In this document: one piece after another, positions 49,540 through 61,208 of the stretch
How the letters are laid out: the number at the start of each line of letters is the position of its first letter
Numbering within the stretch: position 1 is the stretch's first letter
Assembly (NCBI GenBank): GCA_050273025.1
Contig: CP158636.1
Coordinates: 9,176,001-9,240,000 of the forward strand
DNA: 64,000 bases
From: Cenococcum geophilum
Taxonomy: Eukaryota
Direction of reading: 5' to 3'
Notes under the pieces: generated by a model
Databases searched by the model: none
Told to the model about the DNA's origin: nothing
The model's input: the letters and a program-made list of their open reading frames with translations, nothing else
Made by a program: the position numbers and the translations under genes

Positions 49540-52500
49540 CTAGCTTTTTAGGGTATTGCTTATAGAAGCGCTATATAGCTTATTCGCAACCCTTTAGGTC
49601 TTCCTCTAGCTGCTAGGTTATATCCTTATAATATTTCTATTTAATCTTATAAGTTAGGCCCTAGGGGTCTTCGTTATATATATTAAGGATTTTCTTAAAC
49701 TCCCATTTATCTTCTATGTTACCGTTATTATCTCTCTTTACTACTCGTCCTTATATATTACGGCGCTTTATAGTATTAATATTTACTTAGCCAGGGATTT
49801 CTTTAGTAGCCTAGAGGCGAACCTTAGATATATAAAAGGATTTATTTACTTAGATATAGTCTAGGAGGTTTACTATAACTGTCCTTTAGTATACTGCGAG
49901 TACGGGGTATAGGCCGTCCTATTTATCGTCCCATTTCTTCTTAAGTCTATTTATCTTTATATTTTCTAAGCTAATTATAACTATATCGCCTTTATAGAAT
50001 AACGTGTTCTCGTCCCTATAGGTATTAGTATTATCTTTATAGCGTTACTATAAAATCCGGGCTAGAGCCTTAAGCTATATTAATATCTACTTAAAGCGGT
50101 TGGCCACAGAGTCTACGTAAAAGAACTCCTTCTTTACTTATACTAATAGTATTAGTAGGTAGGGGCTAATAGGCTTAATTCCGAGGTAAGGGTTAAAGCT
50201 ATAGTTTGCAAAAAATGGGGAGATGCCTATACTCTTATTAACTTAGTTATTTATAGCAAACTTAGTAAGTAGTAGGTAGTTAACCTAGTTATCTTATATA
50301 AAGCTAACAAAAGCATAAAGGTATTTATTTACGGCAGCGTTAATAATTTTAGTTTAGCCGTCCGTTTCTAGGTACTAGGCTAAGCTTAGTCGCAAAATTG
50401 TCTTAAGGCGTTTACTTAGTCGTCGCCAGAAGTCGCTAATAAATTATATACCGCAGTTAGAGATAATTATGCTTAGTGCACTATAGAGCTTATATACATT
50501 ATTAATAAAGCTATTAACTAGCTTCTCTATTAAGAGTCCTATTACTAAAACAAGGTATCGTATTTTAGTTAAGCGGTCTATAATAATAAGGATATATTTA
50601 TATACCTTACCATAGCGTTAGTATACTAGCAGCGTTATAATATAGTTAATTAAGATATCGGTTTACGGGTAGGCGGGTAATTTTAGTAGTTTTAAAAAAC
50701 TGGGCGGGGTAAAACGGGGGGTCTTAGTGCGAAAGTATAGGGCATAGTCTTTAACGAAGGTAGTTATAAACTAGGAGATTTCTAGCTACTAGTATATTTA
50801 GTTTAAGAGGTTAAGAGTTTTAATTTAGCTAGGGTAACTAGCGGGGCCACTACTATAAGAGTAATGGGTAACTTCTAGGCGGAGGTCTAGGGCGTTAGGG
50901 ACAAAAAGACATTAGCGGAAGTAGATCTATTTATTAACGATACTATATTCTAACTTATTATAATAAAGTAATTTCCTAATCTTCTTTAGCTAATAGCGAG
51001 CTTTCTAATTATATAGGGCCGCTACTATATTTCTTACGAGTTTATTCTTCTGGTATCCCAGCTAGATTAACTTATTTAGTAACTTTTTAGCTATTTTAGG
51101 GTCTAGAGCGGCTATAAACTCTACGTTATTATAATTACGGGACTTATATAGTAATTCTTTTAAGATTATAGGGTTAACTTTTTAGGGTAGTATAACGACT
51201 TAGGCTTAGTGGCGGAGGCGTTTATTATTGGCGTCCTTAGGCCTTATTCCTAGTAGCCAGCTTAGGGCGTTAGGGAGCGTGGCTTTGCTGCTAGGTCTAT
51301 ATATAATTATAAAGTTAAACTATAAAAGGAACTCTACCTACTAGACTTAGCGCTAATTTAGCTGCTTAGTAATTATAAACGTCTATAGGTTCTTATAGTC
51401 GGTAATAATTTTAAATAGCTCCTTAGTCCCTTGCAGCTTAGGACGCTATTCCTTTAAAGCCTTAACAATAGCTAAGAGTTCTTTATTATAGATCTTATAG
51501 TTATACTCTAGCATAGAGTATTTTACGGAAAAGAATACAACCGGTCTTAATTTTCTATTATTATTATATTGGGAAAGGACTTCGCTGGAAGCCTAATTTA
51601 ATATATCTATCTCTACTACTGTTTTCTTTATATAGTTATAGTATGCTAATACTAGTGCTAAAGTAAAGGCTCCTTTAAGGGCTTTAAACAATTTAGCTTG
51701 TTCTAGTCCCTATGGCCATCTAATATCCTTTTTTAGGAGTTTTGTTATAGGTGTAGCGATAATAGAGTAGCCTTAGATAAATTGTTAGTAGAAGTTCGCG
51801 AAGCTAAGAAATTGTTATAGTTCTTTAATTAATATTAGGTCTTTTTATTCCTATAAGGCCTGTACCTTTTTAGGGTCTATAGTTATACCATTAGTTAAGA
51901 TAATTAAGCCAAGGTATTTTGTTTTAGTAGAGTAGAACCTAAACTTATTAATATTAATCTAAAGTCCAGCATTACTAAGTCTTTAGATGACTTTATTTAT
52001 ATACTTAGTATGCTCAGCGTGTGTTTTAGAAAAGATAAGGACGTTATTATGGTAGGTAGTGTAGTAGTTATTAAGGGCGTTATATAGGATATAGTTAATA
52101 TAGTTTTAGAACGTAGCGGGTGCGTTATAGAGGCTAAATAGTGTAACTAGTATCTTATAGAGTCCGAACTGGGTAATAAATGCTATAAGCTACTTATAGC
52201 CCTTTATAATCCGGATCTAGTTAAACGTAGCAATTATATTAAGTTTAGTAAAGTACTTAGCACTATAAAGTACGTTAAGTGTCTTACGGATTAGTAGTAG
52301 TGGGTACTAATTCTTAATAGTAACTATGTTTAGGCCTTAGTAGTTATAGTAGATTTATATACTACCGCCGGGCTTAGTAGCAAGGAGGAGTGGTATAGTA
52401 GCTAGTAAGGTTAATTCGCGGATAAAACCCTTATCCAGCATCTTATCAATCTACTTCTTTATACACCTAAGTTTAGCAGGTAAGAGTGGTCTATTTTTAT

Positions 52501-55500
52501 AGTATGGGGCCTAGTTTCTAGGGATAATCTTAATTTTATAGTCCTATAGTTAGTAAGGGGGCAGCTTATCTACGTTTTTAGGAAGGAAATGCTTAATATA
52601 TTTATAAAACTCCTTTAATAGGCGTTGTAAAATATCTTTATAGGTTAATCCTGGTTTGCCTTTTAGGAAATTTTTAATATTAGTATTAACTATCTTCCGA
52701 CATAAAAGCTTAGGTTTAGTTTTTAGGTTTATCTTAAGAAAGTTATAGAAATAGGGGGGGGAGCACTTTACGGGCTTCCTTTATTATATAGTCGCCTTCT
52801 ACTAGCCAGCAGAAAGACCTTTTTAATAGGTTTAGTACTTCTATTAGGCCTATAGGTAATTCTCTAAGCAGCTATTAGTGCTTATCTTATTTAACTAGTT
52901 CTACTAGCTCCGCTATATAGATCCTTATTATCTTTACGTCTTTTTATTTATAGAATTAGGTGAAATTAATAGTATAAGTGCATTTAATATTATTTAGGTT
53001 AGGGCATATCTGGTTCTCCAGTGCTATAGCTAGGCTAGTATAGTTTAGTTGGCCTAGGGGGGCGGAAATAAGGCGGTGGCTTTATATGGTACGCGCGGGA
53101 GATAGGTATAAGGTTAGGCGTTACAGTGGCGCGGTTTCTATTATCTAGGTCTTAGTAGTTCTATAGCCAGTCCTTACTATAACGCGAGCTATAGTGTGCG
53201 TATATAGCATATAGCTTAGTTTTAGGTATTAGGCTAGGCGGCTAGGGTTTAAATAGTGCCTAGGTTAAAGTTGGATTCTTAATAGTAGTAGCGCGAAGCG
53301 GATCTTTTTTCTTAGTCTTGGTAGGGCTAGCTAGCCCATTATTTTAGTCTTAAGTACTAGGGTAGTCTAGTCTTCTACTATCTCGTTTCTTTATAGTTAT
53401 ATAGGCTCCCCTTTATTAGGAACGTCTTCTACTATTAGGGTTTTATATATAGTCCTAGGCACTAGGCTTAGTAGTGCTAAGTATCTATATAGGGCGTCCT
53501 TATTACCGTCGGTTATCCCCTACGGGAGGTAATACCTAGAGTAGTAGTCTAAGTTAAAGCGGATCTTAAGTTTCCTAAAGCTAAGACAGGGCTTATACTT
53601 CTAAAGCTAGGGCATACCTAGGATAATTAGGGTAGTAGGCGAGAGTTTAGTAATAAAAAAGAGCATGGCTTTAGTATAAAGGCCGATTGATATTTAGGTG
53701 GTGAAGTAGTCTATAACGAGTAAAGATGGGATGCTATTTGTAAGGCGTAGTGGCCTAGGTACTAGCAGCTTCTTAGTTATAATATTATACTTTCTTATAA
53801 TAGACTCTATATTAGTAAAAGCTATTATAGGACTACCGGAGTCTACTAGGCTTATTATATTAATATAAACTTAGGGGTATAGGTTACGTAATAAGGAGAG
53901 TTAGGTTTAGATAAGAATTAATTTCTTATTACTGTTTACTAATCTAAGATTAAGTAGCAGCTTACTAATAAAAAGGATTAATTAATCTAGTAATAGGGAC
54001 CTAATCTTCTCGTCTTCCTTCTTATATAGTTTAGACTCTTAGACGTAACTTAGTTTAAAGGTTTACCTTTTAACAACTAGGGTATAAGGCTGTTTTAGTA
54101 GGGCGGTCTAGTATCTATCTAGCTGGTAGTATTAGTCTTAGTCTTAGTCGGGGTATAGGAAGACAATACCTTACTAACAACATGGCCGTGTTTATATTCG
54201 CTAGCGCGAAGTCACTAATACTAGGCGTTGTTAACGGGTTAGGCTCCTATATAGGGTATAGTTTAGAGTAACTAAGCCGTAGGGTTAAAGGGGGGGGGTC
54301 GTCCGCTATGGCCATAATAGGTTCCGCAGTCGCCGCGTCTATAATGGACTCTATGGTTGCCGTATCCGCGGTTATTAGTTTATATTATTTAATAGGGTAG
54401 CATTAAAACTAAGTTTACTATCTTAGCGGGGTTATAGGCGTCCTTTTAGTATCTAGGTAGGCTATAGGTAAAGTATAATCTATTATTAAAGTGGCGCTTA
54501 CACTCCGTATCTAAAATTCTATTAAGGTCTATAGGTTCTCTAGTTACTACTAGGGTTAGGGTTAATATAGGGGCAGGGGCTTAGGTAGGTAGGCGGTAGT
54601 TAGCGTTCTTCTTAAGGTTGGCTTAGTGTATATAGTTTATAAAGTTCTTAGTAAATATATCTATCTGCTTACTCTAACCTATATAGTCACTATTATTAAT
54701 TTTATAGGCAAGTCTAAGTACCAGCTCTTCTATCTTCGGAGAGATAAACTTTTAGAGTAGGTCCACCTTCTATTTATCTATCTTCTTAGCGCGGACTATT
54801 AGCTTATTAAGCTCTCCCTTCTAGGACTAGTAATTACGCTCGCCCTAAGGAAAATAGTTAAGCTTATTCTTTACAACCTAGGTTATATTAAGGACCTTAT
54901 AGTAGGCAGTAAGGTCTTTAAGCATATCTTCCTTAATAGGCCATTTCCACGCAGATATATTATTTAGGTTCTTATATATAAGCTTTAGGCCCTACTTAAT
55001 AAACTTATAAGCCTTGTCCTTTAGTATATTTAAGATATAAAGGATCTAGGACTAAACTGTATTAAAGTAGTCCTAGTCCCGGTTGAAGACTCCCTTAATC
55101 TTAATATACTAGGTCTTAAAATTAGCTTATTATTCTAGCGGGGTGCCTTTTCCGCTAAATATTAGCGGGTCTTTAGATCTCCGTTTTTTTTACTAGGTTG
55201 CTACTATTATTATAGGGGTTAATTGTTTTAGAACGGCAATAGTCTTTACTTAAAAGTTAATAGTTCCTATCTAAAAAGCGATAAAGGCACTAAGGTTTTC
55301 GTTAGCTTTCTTGTTAGCGGTGTTTGTGTTATATATACACTATAGTCCTACTTTAATATTATTAAGGAACTTGTTAGTATAGTTAATAAGGGTAAGATAA
55401 GCTTTGCTAGGCTTAAAGGTCTTAGGGTATAGTGGGGAGTGGTAGATTATCTACGCGATATTAGGGTATATCTCTATAAAGAGGTCTACAAAAACGTTAT

Positions 55501-55878
55501 AGGGGTTTTAGGTTTCGGCCATTTCGGCGTCATTAGTATCGCCTATTTAGGCGCTAGGTAAAAACTAAGGATTATTCTAGGACTATACTAGTGACGTATT
55601 AGTTTCAGCAGAGGCGTATATAGGTCGCGATTGCTCTAGGGTATAAGGAATTAGTAATCGCGATAGGGCGTAAATTAAAGATACTATAAACTGTCACAGT
55701 GCTGTAATAAAGTAGACTAAATAACTACGTTATAGTATAAAGAGGGGAAGAAGGTAGAAAGGGGGTATTATATACAAATAGTAGGGCTAGCCGCTAAGTC
55801 ACTAGTGGTAGGCTAGCTAACAGTAGGAAATAGTATAAGATAGTATGAAACAGTATGCGTTAGGTTAGTGCCGTAATA
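49540..55878 (-). mobile_element. Ty3/Gypsy family A, copy 2 (5' LTR, gag, pol; cut at end of chromodomain)
   Basis: 5' LTR 55692-55878, gag from ~55522, protease LVDSG (~53840), RT Y.DDVLIFS (~52045), RNase H and integrase homologous to 6036-8290. Confidence 0.9.
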
Positions 55879-58075
55879 ATAGACACGTATTCTCTAGGCA
55901 TTCCTACTACTATTATTTATCTAAGCATTCTTCCGTAAGGAATCTTCTTAATTAAAGTATTAAGTTATTTAACTTTTAAACTCCTTTTTTTTTTATCCAT
56001 TGTATTATACTACGTACAATACTGCGCATGCAGCCTTGGGCTATAGCGCTATAGTTCTATATACATAAATCCTTTCTAGGCAGCTTAATATGTACTAGTA
56101 GCTATATCCTAGTAGTTTATAGTTTCCTAGTAAAGCACTAAGATACTACAACTACTAGGGAATGAGAAAATGGTAAGAAAAACTATAAGAAATCCTAACC
56201 CCTGTCCCTGTCCTTTTGCAATTTATTTCTGTTCTTTTGCTCTCTAATATCTTTTTAAGAGTCTAGCAGGAGTTGCCTCCTTCTAGAATCCTATCTGTTT
56301 TATTCTTCCATAGAATCTCCTTCGCGTACTAGTTTAGCAGCTTTAAGAGTCTCGCAGTCTTTACTATTAGCAAAGTGTTTTTCTTTACAATTAATGCAAA
56401 GAGGGGTGGTATGCTAGCAAGGCTTGCCTGTTATTATACAGGTAGAACAGGAATAGTCTTTAGATAAATATGCAGCCGCATAGTATCTGCAGGCCCTAGT
56501 AGAGCACCTATCTCCTATATGGCCAAATTTTTGGCAGCTCGTGCACTGCGTAGTAGGAGAGACTTTGAGGTATTTTACTACCTTAGTAGCTGTACCTGCA
56601 ATTAATATCTCTTTTTGCTTAAGGATTTCTTGTCTTTTTTCTTCGTTCTCTATAGTAAAAACTATAGAGCCAAATCTGGTCTATAGATTGTGTCTTTTTT
56701 CACTAGATAAGATCTATCTAGGTAGTCCTTATATCTTTATAGGATTAAAGGTCTCAATCTCTTCTTTTAGAAGCTTAGAGCCTCCTTCTCCTAGGAAAGG
56801 TAGGGTAGGAACCCCATGGGCTATAACTTAAACCCATAGTTCTAGTTTTTGTTCTCTTTAGAAGGTAAAGCAGTTATGCCAGATCTCCTTATATTTAACT
56901 AGGAAATCTGCATTATACTCCTCTGTAGTAGTAAGGAGAATATTTTGTTTTCCTCTAGTTCTAGCTATAGACGCTAGTACTAGTTTTTATACTTGCAGTT
57001 TTAATGCAAATAGTTAATTGCCTTTGTTTCGTATCAAGAAGATATCTAAAGGTTAGTCCTTTTCGTCTGTAATTAGGACTAGCTTCCTTTCTTATAACTG
57101 CTTTTTCTTACTTCTAGTAGAAGTAGGAGGGCTCCTACTAGAAGGAGGTGGTAGTGAGGAGGGTAGAGAGGACGAGGAAGGGAGGTTCTTCCTTAGTCTT
57201 TCTGCGTAAGTTTTCTTAGTAGGGGCTACCTCCTTACGGAGAGCCCTTACTTCTTCTACTAGCCCTTTTAGGACATCTTTTTCTTTTTTTTTTCCTTTTA
57301 TAAAGGGATTTTCTCCTGCTAGGATACTCCTTGTATAGTCCTCTAGCTGTTTAACTTATTCTTTTTTTTCTTCTTCTTCTAGCCCTTTATATGCCTGGGT
57401 TAGGCTTTCTAGAGCTTTTTATAGGTATTGTTCTGGAGAAAGGGGAGGAAAAGGTATAGGTGTACTAGGTGTGCCATCCGTAGTAGTTATTAGTTCCTTT
57501 TTTGCAGGTTTTTGGTTTTCTTTTTCAGGAGAAGTTTGAGGATATTCTCTTTTTTCTCCCTTCTTAGATAAGCTGGGAGGAGAAAGAAAAGAAGATGAAA
57601 ATAGAAATCTATTATCATTTCTTTCTATGGGGGTTTCGCCTATAGACTCGTTGTCGTCACTTATCTCTATAGGAGGTTTCTTTTTAGGCCTAGTAGGCCT
57701 TGGCATCTTATAGGGGGAGTTTTCTAGTTTTTACTATCCTTATACCCTTTTTCCTTACTAATCCTACTAGAGGATTTCTGGGGAGATTAGGTTTAAAGGT
57801 AGTAGTAATACTAGACCCCTAGTATTAGTAGTGGTAGTAGTAGTAGTAGTTTTAGTGTTCCTGTCCGTGCCTCGCTTACAAGCTAGGACCACCCCTAAGA
57901 AGAATTTTCTGTTGGGGGAAAGGGGGTAAAACGACAAATAAATCCACCTCTAGCTCGCTAGGCAGTAGGAATTAGGTCTTGAAAGTCGGAAAATCGATTG
58001 TTTTTGATGGTAAGATGGGTATGCGTAAGTTTTGGAGTGTGGCGCTACCTTTTAGTAAGGTTGCATGTGTGGTGG
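55879..58075 (-). mobile_element. 5' part of a second LINE (ORF1 gag-like), cut by Gypsy A
   Basis: ORF1 starts MPRPTRPKKKPP at 57706 (track ORF 57419-57706). Cys/His knuckles CTSCQKFGH...CINCKEKH at ~56370-56550. Confidence 0.75.
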
Positions 58076-60787
58076 GCTATTTTTAAACTCCTACTAAATA
58101 CCAGCTATATATATACTTAGTATTTTTATACTATTGCTTATCTAGCGCCTAATATATCCTAATTAGGTACTTCTAATTCTTTTTTTAGGGGTTTATATAT
58201 ATTGTATATATTATTTATATATATAATATATACTAATATATAATACGCTAGGTGCTTTAGGTTAACTCTTAGCTTATTTTCGCTCTTAAGTTTAAACCTC
58301 TATCTAGCTAATCTAAATATTAGTCTCTTATTTATAGGTACTAAAATCTATCTTTCTTATCTTTAGTCCTCTAATCCTTCCTCTAGGTTTTTTAATATTA
58401 TAATTAATGCTCCTTTAATATAACTTATACGTCTTTCTATAATTACTTAATTTTAAATAACTCTTTAGTTTAGCTATAGGTAAAAATCTTCCTAACTATT
58501 ATTATATTACTACCTATATCGCCTTTAATATAGTTCCGTAAGCGTATATAATTTATTTATAAGGAAATATCTTATTATCACTGCTTTATAACAGCCTTTT
58601 ATATACCGTTTTTTAAATCTAGTTAAAACTTCTAGGTTCTCTTCTTATTCTAGTTTATTAAGGTATTTTACTCTTAGCGTGCCTATCTTAGGCCTATTAG
58701 TAACTTTTCTTAAGGCTATCTTTAGCTTATCTAGTATCTTTAGTTCGTAGTATCCTCGCTATTTTTACTACACTTTTATTTAATTCTTAAATCCTTTCTA
58801 GTCTTCTCCTAGTTTACGTCTAGCCATTAAATCCTTTAGATCCTTAAATTTTATAATTCTAGTATTAACTATTTAACTCTAAAGCTAAATATCTTATTTA
58901 CCTAATATAGGTGCTTCTAACTCCTTTTTAAGTTATACCCCTACTTTGGTCTATTTAACTTTTATAGTGCCCTTATCTTATCTTAAGATTCTTAGATCTT
59001 ACTTATCTCTTTTTAAAAAATCTTATACCGTTAGGAATTGTCGTCCCGTACTTATTTATATATCTTTAAACTAAGCCTATACTCTACTCCGTTAATTCTT
59101 ATTTATTATAGGTCCTTAAGCTCATTTTATCCCGTCTTAGGAATCTTAAGCGTCTCTTATCTCTTCTTAAGAATCTTAAGCCTATAGCCTTTTACCTTTA
59201 CTAAGTGCCAAAGTAGCTTATTATCCTACTTCTCTTATATCTTGTAAAGTAATAGACATTATATCTAATAGAGTCTTAATCCCTATTGTTAATCCGGTTT
59301 CTATAGATTTAACCTATACCTCTATTGCGTACTTAAGCTTTATACACTCCTAGTTGGTCGCCCTTATCTTGCTGTCGCTGCTTATAGTCTAATTACCTTA
59401 ATCCTTAGATTCTATAGCTTAGTGGAACTAGTACGCGAGGTACTTCTCCGCTAACTACTAGTTAGCTATACTGTCTTAGTCCGAATCTAGTTTATAGAGT
59501 TAATTTAGTTTTTTTTTTATCTAACTCTCTTATGCCCCAGAGTCCTTTTAACTTAGGCTCTTATAGCTAATAGCTTACGTTATCCTTAGCGTCCTTATAA
59601 ACGTAGTATACGTTATTATAATAAAACGCAAAACTTTTAGTTAAATATTCTTTTATTCCTTATAGCATATTATCGTCCCTATATATATATATCGCTAAGT
59701 GATTTTTTCCCCTTTACTATATAGTTACTCTAACTACTTTTATAGTCTCTGGCAAAATAACCCTATTTTCCACAGTTTATATAAGCTCCTTCTTTATACC
59801 ACTTTTCTTGCTATAGAGTCTGCTTAAATATCTTTTACTAATAAGATCCCTAGTTTAGCCTCTGCCCCTTAAACCTTATCCTCTAGGTTTCTATAGTCGT
59901 CTATTTTTATATTCTTTAGTATTACTTAGGTCTATTAGCTCTGCGCTATACTATAGTCTAAACTCTTATTAGTATGTCTTTCTTATATACGCTGGTCCCT
60001 AATACGTTCTATATTTCCCATTGCTCTAGTATAGCTAGTTATTAATCTTAATAGCTTATTTGATTAATTCTCTTATATTACTTAGGTCTTCTATAGGTAT
60101 TATTATATTTTAAACCTTGGTCTTTAATCCCCTTTAATATTAAGCTATTAACGCTTTCTGGTTCCATTTAGTCTATACTACTAATATTTAGAACTATATT
60201 ATATAATCTATTACTAATCCCTTTTACGTAAGTTAAAAAGCTTTCCTTTTATCGTTACTATTAATTCTAGATCTTCGTATATCTATATAAGCCTACTAGC
60301 AAATCTATCTTAGCTTAAAAACATATACCGCGCTTTTAAATTAATAGTGGCTAACCTATTAGCTTATATCTCTGTAAGATATGGTTTAAACTATTCTAGT
60401 ACCTAACCTATTAAGAACAATCCTGCATACGCTACTTAATTACTAAGTATTGCTAGCTTAGTTCCTTTATATAGTATCTTTATTTATATCTATATAAGAA
60501 ATTCCTTTAACTTATATTTTTCTCCTAAGAACCTTTTAATTTACGGCATCTTAATCTTTTCTCTTTTTATATCCGCTATCTGCTAAAGTAGTGCTTAATT
60601 ATTAGCGTTATTCTACTTAATAATACTTCTTAACTAGTTTATTGTAACTACTTATAAGTCGTTATTGTGTATGCTAGTATCTCCTCCTAATCCTAAAGTA
60701 GTTGCCGCCGTAGATGGCGTCGTGGTTATTGCTTGCTTAGGTACCATATTATTTAACTTTCTTTTACTGTAACCGTGGTGGTGGATA

Positions 60788-61208
60788 TGTGATAAAGCCT
60801 TGTAGAAAATACTACGGTAAACTTATTAATGGGTTAGGTATATAGGTATAGGTTAAGTTAATAAATAAATATAACTAGTAGAGTAGGTTGCCTAATAGAT
60901 TAACTCTAATTATATTCTAAGATTTACTATAAAAAAGAGAACTATTTAGGTAGAGACTGAGGTCCTTTAAATATAAAATACTGCGCCTAAGAAATATACT
61001 AAGTACGTTAGTATATTAGTATGTCGGTACGTTACGTTTCTATATTTCTACGTTCCTATATTCCGAACTTATAACGTAACTAGCCACGTAACTTAGCTAC
61101 CTTTTATCCTATAGCTTAATCGGTTCTAGTGCCTTCCGTACTATCTTAACTAACCTATTTATATCTCTCCTTAGTAGTGCTACTACTACTAATATAAGGT
61201 CCGTAATA
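60788..61208 (-). repeat. 5' LTR of Gypsy C
   Basis: Direct repeat of 13381-13793; gag ATG at ~60748. Confidence 0.88.

Larger units (their letters stand above)
13381..61208 (-). mobile_element. Ty3/Gypsy chromovirus family C, ~7.2 kb own sequence split by nested insertions
   Basis: LTRs 13381-13793 and 60788-61208; PPT next to 13793. Collinear pieces: gag/protease 58076-60750, RT 28753-29800, RNase H/integrase 21771-22596, integrase/chromodomain 14560-15744. Flanks TTTAT/TCTAC differ only by C>T. Confidence 0.75.
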
